The notes: a model not told the origin generated them from the letters alone. 64,000 nt of DNA from Tubulanus polymorphus (GCF_964204645.1 NC_134033.1:13524655-13588654); one strand, 5' to 3'. Numbered from the stretch's first letter, positions 21,358 through 32,860 are shown. A program made the numbers and translations.

Positions 21358-24300
21358 TTATTCGTGCGTTTTTGTCATAACCGCGTTTAGGGCTGGAGCT
21401 TGACAAACAAACTGAACGTATCGTGAACCATCATCTCTGTCATCATTAAATCCCCAACCGTTAACATCTTTATTCAACAGTATGTATTTCTCTTTGCCGT
21501 CGTAATTATTCGGCTCTCCAGGACTCCATACCGAGTATTGGTCGGGAATGACTGAAATGAGATTAGTTGATTTATTGGTCGCGTTGTAAAAAAAAACCGG
21601 TTGAACGATCACCTTTTAATTACTACCCAATCGGTAGTATTTCAACGTATTGTCCGTGAATTATCATATTGAATGTCAGTGTAAAATCCGACACGATCGA
21701 AATTCAAAAGTTTCTATCTATAGAACAAAATCTTCCGGGTAACGATATCAAAATCAAGTATATATAGATTATTTACAATGAGTGCGAAATCGATCTTTCG
21801 CACGATGTCAAAATGTCATAGCGTACAAACATATTTGTATAAATGCCCATGACCTGGTTCCCTGAAGGGAGAGACGATGGATGTTTAAGTTGTAATTCAA
21901 TCCTCGTCGGCAAAATAAAATTCAATATGTTTCCCTTTCAGAACAGTTCAAGAAGCAAAAGCTCTCTCTCAGAATACATCTCGTACATCTTGATATACAA
22001 AAGGCTGACAGGCGTGTGCAGATCTACTAATACACTTACCTGTGAATTTTGCATAATCATCCGACCAGACCCATTTACCATCGATCGGAATACCGCCGGT
22101 CCACCATTCACTGCCCACAAATTGCTGTCTGTTTAAGACAGTAGTTATGACTTCCATTTCTCTTTCGTTGTTTATAGAAACTAAATGTCCTCCAAGAACC
22201 ATACAATTTTTCTGTGCGTCCAACCATTCCGTTCGGCTTCTTTTCAGGCAATAACACGAGTCTTTGTAATTTAACGATGCATCGCAGCTCATTGGGCAGA
22301 CTATAAAACATTCAGATTCACAAGAGATCATAGTCAGTAAGATTTATCTTTATAATGAATAATGACGTGTGAGCAAAACAAGTGATGAATCGTAAAAGAA
22401 AAAACACCGTGAAGCTTTCTCATGTGTTGCCCCCAGTCTCTAAAGTCTAACGTACAAGACGACATAGGCAAACACGGAAACAGGAGACAAAACATGGTTT
22501 TGGGGAAACAATGTTTCCGAGATTGTTCGTTTCTGTGTTTCGCTGCGTCGTGTGCGTTGAGCTTAACTAAATGTAGATATCTTTATCAAGTTCTAAAAAT
22601 TCACCTTAGTGACATTTGATTACATTGTGCTCCGATTGGATGATGGAAAATAGTAGAATAACCAAACTCAAACGAGGAGAACAAACAGTATATAGTAAGA
22701 TAAAACCCAAAGTTTTTAAATCAAGAATCTATTCAATTCAATATTGAATAGATTCTAAAGTTTTAAACATATATTGTGGATTTTTGCTTATCAGATTATA
22801 GATGATTTAGCTATGAAATGAACAATCGATCATTTGAAGATTGCATATTCTGCTGCGAAGAATAAGTTAGATCTTATTTTACCTGCTTTTCTGGTACCGT
22901 TGATCATCTGTGCAACTTTTTGGAACTCACAAACTGATGGCAACCGTCGCGTTCTACGGCTGTAATCCCACCACCATTCACGACCGCTTTTCTTCAGGAT
23001 CAAATAATCGGACTTCAGTCCAGACGCCGATTTTTCGCTTCCTTTCCACTTTGAGAATGGTGCTGGTTCTATAAAATCAAAATCGTATTATGGTCAACTA
23101 AGCTCGTACTACACAAATAAATCGAGTTAACCTTTAAAGTACTATTTGTCTTAACTGATTGGTCGGAAATGACAGTCTAAGAATCCATTCCTTTTCCTAG
23201 AGTCCACGGAATGACAAAGTGCAAAATTATAGCAGCTAGTTCAAATAAAAGATGCGTTACTGCGTAATCAGCTATGTGACTCACCCGGTATAGTTGTATC
23301 CCATATGAACGTGTCTCCACCAACACCGCCTTCTCTTTCTCCTCCTGTCCACCATTCCTCGTAACGAGAACTTCTTGACTTGCGTTTATTCAGTTCCCTT
23401 TCAAGAAAATCGTTTTCGGATTTGGAATTTATGGCGACTAAATGTGAAAATTTTCTCCGGCACTCGGATTTTGCTCTCTCGTGTGACCGGCCGTCTGATC
23501 GTGACGAGAAGAAATAACAGCTGTTCTTGTGTCGTATCCAAACGGAACTGCCGCAATTTTCTAAAACAAAAGCAAGTTTACCAAGAAATTGAATGCGTCC
23601 TGTGACTAGTTCCTTGGGGCTGAAATACAAATTGTTGATCGTATAACAATAGATTTGAGCTAGTGAATTGGATTGTGGAACGGCAACCACTCGGGCAATA
23701 TCATTGTCACGAATACGTTTGGCATCATAATATTTTCTAAATCAAAAATTCAGCTTAGGGGAACTGAATAGCCTCATTCTGGAGTTTGAGACCGTTCATA
23801 ACAAATAAATATAAGATAATGTGCCACGCAACGTGCTTGGTAGAAATCTAGGGGATCGAATCACGAATCGATTCCACGTCATCTGCTTACCCGCCTGTTC
23901 AATTTCCTTTTCGCACATGTATCTCAGTTGATAATTTGGCTTGGTATAAATATCATTCCATCCCCAAAAACCGCTACTGTATTTCATACTGATAGCTATC
24001 TCATCGTAGTGATTTGGTTCTCCACTTCTCCAGTTTTCGTATGTCAACGGAGTGTGCGTTACCATTGGCACGCCTTGATTGCTGTTACCGTGAGCGGCCT
24101 CCGCATCCCAGCCCCACTTCAGACCAAATCTTTCACCACCTTTTAAACAAATTATTCTTAGAGTATTAAACAATATGCGATGTGTAATCTGATATATCAA
24201 TACACTTATGAATGATCCGAGGCATTTTTTTTACTTATTTTGAAAATTACAAAATCCTATTTTGTCTCAATCATGAATAACATATAGCTCACCAGTCCAA

Positions 24301-24500
24301 AATTGTGTCCGACCCCAACGACTGACTTTTGTGTCTAAATATCGAGTCAAAAATGAAAAAACAGGTTTCGTCTCAATTGTAGCTAGTTTGGCATCCAATC
24401 TACCACACGCCCTCACCGCGCTACGTCTAGTCACTCGGCTTCTTGAAACGTAGTAACACTGTCTACCAAAGCGAATGAAATTGCTTTTACATGGTCGGGC
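21358..24500 (-). other. C-terminal C-type lectin domain triplet (CTLD4-6)
   Basis: Motifs C..CY, HLVAINS/HLVSINN, WWTGG/FWTGG, WRSGEPNH...WGWND...YMCE, WSPGEPNN...WGFND...FVCQ. Confidence 0.9.
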
Positions 24501-27500
24501 TGGAAAAAAGGGAAATAATAACAATTATCTATTGATTCATTCAATCTATGGGTATATTATAAAACTACCTCTCTGGCTAACCATGGACTACAAAACAAAT
24601 ACTAGTTTTAGTTAGAGTCCACGAGCTAACTAACCTAATTTGACGGGTTCACTTTTCACACCAATACCAGCACCAGTCATTGCCGCTATCGTTATATTAT
24701 ATTCCTTATCCGGCTCTATATCGGTGAACGCGTGTTGCAAGGTATCTCGTGATGTTCTCGTTGTTTTATCGACGCCTTCCGAAGACAGGTGTATCTTTAA
24801 AACAAATGACAACTTCGTCAAAAAACTGAACCTTCATTTAAGAGAACCGGTTATACTGAAACTAATTCATGTTTTAGTAAAATTCGAGCTATTTTATATA
24901 TATTTTATACCTGGTAACCGGTAATTATTCCGTTAGCTGAATCAGCAGGGGGTGGTCTCCACGATAGTATCATAGTCGTCCGGGTCATCATCCTCAGTTT
25001 GATATTCTGCGGAGGCTTCGACGGTACTGAATTAAACATATATTTTGAATTGTCCGTGTGCGAATTTCAACTTACAAATTCCATCGTGAAAAAATTGCTC
25101 AAGAAAGTAGGGTTTTTTCTAATCAAGAAGAAAGAGAGATCTTAAGAACATGCGTGATAGCTAACCGTCTTCTAAAGTGGTCGCGACGTGTCCATTGCTG
25201 ATCGTGCCTTTAACTGTTTTGAAATATGGCTGCACCCTGAAGTTATACCTAGTATTCTTTTCTAGCGAGTTTACGACGTATTTGAGTTCCTTGTTTTCAG
25301 CGGGATTTAGCTGAACTTGAATGGATAATTCCTCTTCACCGGCGGACGCTGGAATCTTTTTGTACAGCACGTTAAAACCTTCGATGAATTGTTTAGATTT
25401 AACCACCTGAAAAATGGTTTACGCAGTAGTATAATAATATAATGATCATAATGATATTTCATTATTCATCTCATTTTTAACGATAAACATCATTATGAAT
25501 ACACCATACATAAATAATGTGTTAAAAAGGGGAAAGGACAATGGGCAAGCCTATACTCGAGGCAAGGCCCATTGCCCTAAGATGGCGAAGGTGACATTTA
25601 CGATATCATCTATCAGACCTCGAGTCATCTATCAAACCATCTATCAGGTCTTGAACAATGTAAGCCTTCGGGGTTCGAACCCACTACCTGGCTTCCCAGA
25701 GTAGAACGACCTGACCACTCATCCACATCGCTTGTTCGAAAGCTCTTAACTGTATATGATAACATGAATAATAGAGTAGTAGTAACGAGGAAAATAATGA
25801 TGATGAATAATATACATGAACGATAATGAAACCACGAAGAAATAGCCTGCGGAAATATGGTTCGCGCCATACGTACCGTCCATTCTAACCCTACACTAGT
25901 CGAACTCAAGACGCGAGGAGCCTTTAACGTAACCACGCGACCGCTAAGTTTCTCTTTCAGTTGATCGATGGAGTACGGATCGACGGTGGTTGTTACTTCT
26001 TCTGGAACACCTATTCAAAAGCAACAACGAATCATTACATCAGATGGCAGTTGCGACAATAATATACACCTTCTTTTATTCATCGTTCATTTTATTCATT
26101 TCCTTTCGGCAATTATCTGTACAATTATCAAATATCGACAATTTGCTTCGTTCAACATCCCAGGATATTACCATGACTCCCCTGCTTACCTTTGACGAGT
26201 AAATTTACAAGTTTACGTTGCGTGGACATAGTATTCAGTGAGCACATATAACTTCCTTGGTCGTCCTTCTTGACATTCGAAATTCTGAGATTCCATTCAC
26301 CAGATCCAGACGCGTGCTGAATGCTCATTCTCTGGTCATCTATGATCATGATTTCATTGAGAGATATTATGCGAAGACCCTCCTTTTTCAGCCACATAAT
26401 CTATAATGAATTAGGATCATAGATGCGTACGTATTCTCTTATAGCATTTCAAATAAAATCGCTATGAAGATCCGATCCCTAATGCTTACTGCATGCTGTC
26501 CTTTATTTTTCACTTCGCAGGGTAAATTCACTGTCTCGCCGACAAATCCTACCACATCTTCTGGCTGCGTGTCCAACGTAGGCTCTTTATCTTCCACAAC
26601 TGGTACAATCGGAACAACAGTTTCCCCTGAAATAAGCCACGATCGGTTTAGAGAAGAGCCGATACTTTCACCAACTCACTCGTGTTCGCGTCATTTTGAA
26701 GCGCTAAGGCGTAAATATAAGGGACCTATTTCATTTCATCCCCCCACTATTAATAAATTCGGAACCCTTTTAGAGAAATAAAAAGAAAAAATCCCTAATA
26801 AATTTGGTTTTATTCATACGTTAAAAAAGGCAAGCCCCTTCTTTTTTCTTAGGTAGACATTTAACGCCAGTACCACTGAACCAGTAGCGCCAAAAGGCAA
26901 AATGTCAAATTTATAGTGTAATTCATAGCTATGTCTGTATATGTATGCTTATGTAATTTGTTCATTCTACACATCTATGTATTCACAAATATTGTAAACT
27001 TTTTGTGTGCTGAGTAAACGTCTTTTTGCAGATCAAATAAATAAACTAAACTAAACTAAAATTAATCACGCGAAGTTGTTATTAACCAATTCAATATCTG
27101 ATACGGGATGTCTATATGAAATGTATGAATATGTGAAAATATATTTACCAGTTTCCTCTTCTGTTTCGTCCACACAAGCCGGTATATCGCATTCTTCTCG
27201 TTTGCCGTTGCTACCGGTAAAACACCATGGTTTCTTCAGCGCACTACCGCTCGGTGCGCGGCAATAATTCTGCGCCTCTTTTACTGACGGATCCGGAAAC
27301 AGTTCCGGACGGTTCATCACGTGGTTCTGCGCTGAATCCCATCGCAAGCACGTTTTGCCAGATTTCGTGACGCTAACCTTACCGATGTAGGCAGCCCCGG
27401 GTGTGACGCACTTCGATGTAACAAACTGTTTATCTTGAATAAGAATATAACGACGTCAAAATACATCAAGTCTCTGATTACATCTAATCGCTTGTGTTTG

Positions 27501-30500
27501 TATATATTTTCTTTTCGTAGCCACTTTCAAAACATATCCATTCCCAAGAAACTTTTTTGAAAATGGCTTGAGCCGAAACGTCAAAACCCTCTTTTAGTTA
27601 ACATGTTAATTTTCATGATAGAAAAAGTGAATTAATCGTTAGATGGTGTTATATGTACATATATGTAGTTCGATCTTTGATGCATTAATCAAAATATTCA
27701 ATCTTATTTATCAATCTTAACAAGCATTTCTCGGTCGGTTTAGACAACCAATATTGAGTCTGGCACGACTCAATATTTGTATAGGCTAAACTATAATGTC
27801 ATCATCATTATGTTATTTATGCGAAAATACTTTCGTATCAAATCAGATGAAATAAATTGGAACAGACGCGCTATATTAACTCATCAATTTTAGTGACGTT
27901 ACCTTCGCATAGCGGGATGTAACAATATGCGCGCCCGCCTCCATCTTTCTGATAACACCACGGTCCCCGTTCGCTATTATCCGGGTTTCGACAGAAGTTG
28001 GAGATTTCGCTGATGCTGGTTACGTTATCCGGAAAAAGATGCAGTCTGTTGGGTTTATTGTACGGCGAAAGAGCGGAATCCCAACGTCGACATTTATTCC
28101 CCTGGCGCGTCCTACTCAACTTGCCGAGATACCCATCACCAGCTCTATTTGTCTTACACGCCTTGTTATATTCGATCGGTTCTGAAATTTGTAGCGAGCG
28201 AAATGATTCTGATGTAGATGGAGGCATGATTGATGAAATCGAGGCTTATAGTGAATATCATTTACCGTAAGGTCGAGCTCCTTTCTCGCAAATATAACCG
28301 AGCCTCAAAGTGGATGATGTGGGCACATCGTTCCAGTGCCAATGACCTTCGCTATTTTTGGCAATTGCGAGAAGATTTTCTTTTCCATCCCAATTGTTCG
28401 GCTCACCGTTACCCCACGCCAGAAACTGGTTCGGTGTTCCTGTCATAAAGATGACACTGGATTTGTGATTAATTCTGTTTTTGGCATTCGGGTATCGTCC
28501 CTGTACAATATTAAATCGACGTCAAATTCAGCTTCATTAGAAAATTACCTAAGAACTTCTTGTGATCTCGACTCCAGACCCACTGGGAATCGACCATGAT
28601 TCCACCAGTCCAAATTTCATCGTCGAAATGTAACTCTTTCATTAGTGTCGCAAAATGTTCCAACTCGGCTTCGTTATCGATGGCTATAAGATGACCGCCG
28701 TCGTTGTTGCAGATCTTTGCGGCCTTCTGACGATCAACTTTCTCAAATGCCAAATCGTAACAAGCGTTACTGACAAATATGTAATTTGCAGGACATTCTG
28801 AAAATGAAATGCTTAGATATATTCTTGTTAAGCGCCAGTACCAGAGAACGGCAGAACCTCAATAATATTTCAACTTGATGAGACTATCCGTGTATGATGA
28901 ATAACGATAGAAGTCCCACACTTATTGCGATTTCTCTCGTTATTTCAACTTGTCTAATCTTTCATGCCATCTTACTGAAGAATTTGTTGTGCTGAACAGG
29001 AATTTCGCAGATATAATGCAATTTTGTAGAGCGTCTCGTCGCCTTCATCCACCATTCGCCTTTATCTTTAATCATCGACATGTACCAGCCGTCATTTCCT
29101 CGTGAGCTTCTTCCCCACATTTTCAGATACGGTTTTTGAACTGAAAAACAAAAACAGCATGGTACTTCATGAATTCGAATCCATCCAACGTCATCATCCG
29201 TCTATTCAGATTCATTGCAAGACGAAGTGTATGCCATAGCCAACATTCATTCGAGTAGAAGTTTTTTTTTTACATTCAACTAATATTTTTAAACAAGTAA
29301 TTAAAAAGGGGCTGCAAGTAAGAGAATGAACCATTTCTTTTTACATACGCGGAATTGTTATATCCCATACGAATTTTCCACCCATATTTTCACCACCGAT
29401 CCACCATTCTCTGTTGTTTTTCTCCGATTTTATTGTACTGATTATAAATTCGTTTTCTTTTCGGCTGTTTATCGCCACGAGATGGCTGCCTTTACTCCTG
29501 CAGTCGGCCTTGGCGGCCGGTTGCGACATCTCACCCTCAGCTTGGACTAGATAGCAGCTTTCTCCGTAATGTGACCAACCCTTCTCGCAGGCTGGAATGT
29601 CAAGAATTTACTTTATTTGCATGTAAAATCTTTTGAATATTTTATACGACAGACAACGCATAATTGTGGTATGATTTTTAGATGGGTTTTGAATATTTTA
29701 CTTTCGGCTGCAGATAAACTCAGCGATGGTGAGGTTAACTATAAGGGAATGATCAGTTGGAAATACAGTCGTCGAAATAATCACTGGAATCTAGAAATTA
29801 CAGCGCCAACCATCTGACCGAACCCTGACCGCGGTTGTGTACTTTATTCCTTTAGTTTGCACAACGTTTCGATGTTTTGACAGCTTTTATGCTTTTTTTA
29901 TCGTTATTATGCCTATTCCTAATGGACGTCTATAATTAAGTACGATCAGTATAATTTAGCATTCTTGTTATCCCAATTAATGTTTATTTGGGTTTCGAAA
30001 ATTACTAATAATGGCACGATGATTATTGGCCGGCAATCAGGACTCACTCGTGACTAGTTGAGGTGATTAACTCCCATAATTAAAGACCCTTGTAACATTA
30101 TATTGACATTCCATTTTTTATCTAACCTATCGGAAAAAATGTGTTTCTGTTTTAGATGTCATATGATAAATGTCTGTGTGATGAATTGATGAAATCCTTC
30201 TTTCGAAATCACGCATAATCGGTCGATCTTTTTTCAAGTTCACCATGGCCTCTAAAGCGAAGAGTCCATGGTTTCACTTACCATCAGTTTTAGCCTTTTC
30301 ACAAATGTAGGGGTACTTGAATTCTGTGACGCGATCTCGCCAGCCCCAGGAAAAGGTATCTTTAGCTAGTGTCATGCCCACTGTACCGGAAATACCACCC
30401 TGGTTGGGTTCATCGTTGAACCAATACTCAAATGTTACTGGTATAAAATCAGAGGTTTCCGTTTTTCGTATGATATCGCTTTCATGCGCCTGAAAAAAAT

Positions 30501-31897
30501 ACAGCATAAATGAAGCGCGGTCAACTAATCTCATTCCGTTTATAAATGACGTATATATAATACTGGTCTATTGGATTCTAAAGAATTTTGAGAATAAATC
30601 ATGTTAAAAATATGTTAAATCAAATCATATGATATATTAATTATTTCATCTATCTTTGGTAAGTTTGTTGTATCTATTTTTGAGGATGAAAGTAAGTAGA
30701 GCGATGCTGGGACATTTTGTAGACAAAAATGTGTCTTCTTTTTTTGAAAGTCAACCAATCGTCGATGTGAAAATTATCTATTTACGTCAGATTCGATTTC
30801 CTTGCCGTCTACTTTTAGTGTCTGGTGGTCCCATTTCCACCTGATACCCGTCCGATGTCCTCCCGTCCAAAACCCTATGACTGACACTTTTTGTTGATTG
30901 AAAAGAGACTCCAAGAATTTCCATTCCGCTTCTGTGTCGATGTTAACCAGTCCGGCATCCATACGGCGGCACTCGCTGGTGGCGCTTTGTTTATTGACTC
31001 TATCAGTTTCTACACGGTAGCATTTTGATTGATAATGAGCCCAATCGATACCTGGACATCGTTCTGTAAATTTATATAGAGAAATTTCAAATTAAATCCT
31101 CGAATGGGTGGATCTAGGGACAGACTTTGACAGGAGCACAGGGTCGATTAGTCATATACATCGATTATATACTGAAAAAGGGCAAAGTATCCATGCAGCC
31201 AAAACAAGGGTCTGGAAAATGTTAGAATTCCAGTGCATTTTCATTCATTTCCAGACACTTTACGAGAATAGGAGCTTGCTATTGCGCTGTGGACTGCTGT
31301 CTTACTTATTAGTTGCGGGTGGAAAAAGTGCCGTGAGAAATTCTGTCATTGTATTTTCAAAAGGGCACGGGAAATTTGCGACGGAAGCGCGTGCTCCTTG
31401 TGCCCCCGTCCGGATCCGCCCCTGATATTTCGATTTTACACACAGATTTCATTGCAAAGCGAACAATGTCGGGCTGTGGTCGAGAATAATTTCCATAAAT
31501 TTCATTCGATTTTTCAAAAGTTGCCATAATTTGACTTATTAAATTGATGATTAATTTTCGTCTCATATTTTAGATTAATGAAATTCAAAATGTTACTTAC
31601 GATCTTCCGGTATATCGTCGCGTTTTATTCTTAAGGCTCCTGTAAAGGCAACATGTTATTTATATACAAAAACTTATCTACACGGACATAATTTCTATGC
31701 AAAGAATCGTTGATGCATCTTCATAAAAAATATGTATAGATGTAATAGTTCGAAAGCATAAGTTACGTATGATTGCAGTTCCTTCTTTAAGAGGTTACAC
31801 TTTCGGCTGAGGCTTCGTTTCAAATCTTACCGAAAACAGCCTGGATGATTGCTAAGAAAGCAACTGCTCGAACGACTCGTCCCAGATACGAGTTCAT
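21358..31897 (-). CDS. Secreted mosaic protein: signal peptide - CTLD x3 - kringle x2 - Ig - FN3 x2 - CTLD x3 (~22 exons, ~1,450 aa)
   Basis: Exon 1 (31897-31831) MNSYLGRVVRAVAFLAIIQAVFG. Exon 2 (31639-31601) ALRIKRDDIPED. Then GT-AG exons for CTLD1 31063-30281, CTLD2 ~29592-28976, CTLD3 ~28797-28266, kringle 1 ~28181-27903, kringle 2 ~27434-27149, Ig ~26626-26190, FN3 pair ~26009-24635, CTLD4 ~24500-23891, CTLD5 ~23560-22883, CTLD6 ~22301-21358 ending ...VCQAPALNAVMTKTHE*. Frames join across the splice sites. No transmembrane segment. AATAAA (minus) at 21269-21274. Confidence 0.88.
24635..26009 (-). other. Two fibronectin type III domains, Robo-like
   Basis: LKAPRVLSSTSVGLEWTV..FIEGFNVLYK..LEKNTRYNFRVQPYF..TTLEDVPSKPPQNI..LSWRPPPADSANGIITGYQI..YNITIAAMTGAGIGVKSEP. 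Confidence 0.85.
25490..25737 (-). mobile_element. tRNA-derived SINE, intronic and degenerate
   Basis: Minus strand GTGGATGAGTGGTCAGG (A box) and GGGTTCGAACCC (B box, ~25671-25682) at tRNA-like spacing, followed by a non-tRNA body and an AT-rich tail. Confidence 0.6.
26190..26626 (-). other. Immunoglobulin (I/V-set, Dpr/lachesin-like) domain
   Basis: VGETVNLPCEVKNKGQHA|IMWLKK...DQRMSI..SGEWNLRISNVKKDDQGSYMCSLNT, containing the canonical C, W and DxGxYxC. Confidence 0.88.
26900..27060 (+). mobile_element. Possible 3' end remnant of a non-LTR retroelement
   Basis: AATAAA followed by a (TAAAC)n microsatellite tail at ~27036-27060. No coding remnant. Confidence 0.35.
27149..28181 (-). other. 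Two kringle domains
   Basis: C..GDGYLGKLSRTRQGNKCRRWD..NFCRNPDNSERGPWCY..YCYIPLC and C..GAAYIGKVSVTKSGKTCLRWD..NYCRAP..PWCF..ECDIPAC. Six Cys each. Confidence 0.93.
27553..27586 (+). ncRNA. Minimal type I hammerhead ribozyme-like motif (U3-A8 variant), Penelope-like
   Basis: tttt-TTGAAAA-t-GGC-ttga-GCC-GAAA-CGTC-aaaa: stem I tttt/aaaa, stem II GGC/GCC, palindromic ACGT helix III, GUC site. Confidence 0.5.
28266..31063 (-). other. N-terminal C-type lectin domain triplet (CTLD1-3)
   Basis: CPGIDWAHYQSKCY..FWTGG..WFNDEPNQ..WGWRD..YICE; CEKGWSHYGESCY..HLVAINS..WWIGG..YICE; CPANYIFVSNACY..IWTGG..WGNGEPNN..WHWND..YICE. Confidence 0.9.
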
Positions 31898-31954
31898 CGC
31901 CAGCACCTTCCAACTTCGAACCACAAATAAGCACAAATGTGCACATTTGCACTT

Positions 31955-31964
31955 ATTTATATAG
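31955..31964 (-). promoter_or_regulatory. TATA box of the mosaic lectin gene
   Basis: Minus strand CTATATAAATAAG about 60 bp upstream of ATG 31897. Confidence 0.55.
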
Positions 31965-32700
31965 TCTCTATTAAACGTCCATGTGTCCTACATGTGAAGC
32001 TATTAAATATTTATCAAAAAATTGATATACAACGTATATACCAAATTACCATAACCAATTTTCCATATTCCAAATAATCGTCAGTGCCGTTCGTTTAGCT
32101 CTAATGCGAAATGTACGGTTGTACTTATATTTGAATTAGGAGAATATGCGGGTTTTTGGGCGTGAAACCGCATGGAAACTATTTTACGTCGCCGTTCCCG
32201 AAAACAGCTTGTTGTTTGTTTGTCGAGCGAATGATGAAAATGATATAGTAGATGGGGATACACGCCAATTATCGAATTTGTAGTTCATAGTCCGGCCATG
32301 CAGAACGAGATTACACAGCAATTTTGTCATATCCTGTCCTGAAATACTCGGCAGGACGTAATTAACGACGCATTATTTTTTAGACTAAAAACTTGTGGGA
32401 AAGAAAATTTGGCGAATGTCTTGGGAAAATGCGTCCTCGTTTGTCAATCTTTTGTGTAGCAGAACAGCCAACAACTCTCTCGATCAAATCGGTCAAAATA
32501 ACCGCATTAACTAATTCAAGTATTCAAATGAAAACAGGTTTTCTTATGAACATTTATTGAATAGAAATAATGAAAGAAAGTGACTAATTGTCAGTTCTGT
32601 TGCATTTGATTTATTTACCATCATCCATTGATACAATTATTTATTCTTTTCATTGAGCAATATCAATTGTAGGTAGTCGTGTAAAAATACATATGAATTA

Positions 32701-32860
32701 CAGTCAGTTATAACGACATTTTTTTTAATACCACAGTCCGTACCACTTTTTCAGAGAACGAATTTGCCCAAATCGAACTAAAATTCAATGAAAATGCGAT
32801 TTGTAATAACGCCATGTTTTCCATTGGTCCTAGCAGTGGTGTTATAACGGATTTTGAATG
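32701..32860. mobile_element. TA-flanked MITE (Tc1/mariner-pogo type), degenerate copy
   Basis: Shares aactaaaattcaatgaaaat...ccatgttt..cattggtcc...gttataacgga.tttga.tg with the copy at 50621-50794. TA on both flanks. Confidence 0.6.

Noticed and set aside
21358-31897. Calling the mosaic gene MRC1, plasminogen or ROBO
   Set aside because: It shares only individual modules with these. It lacks ricin, FN2 and TM (MRC1), a protease domain (plasminogen), and five Ig domains, TM and cytoplasmic tail (ROBO).
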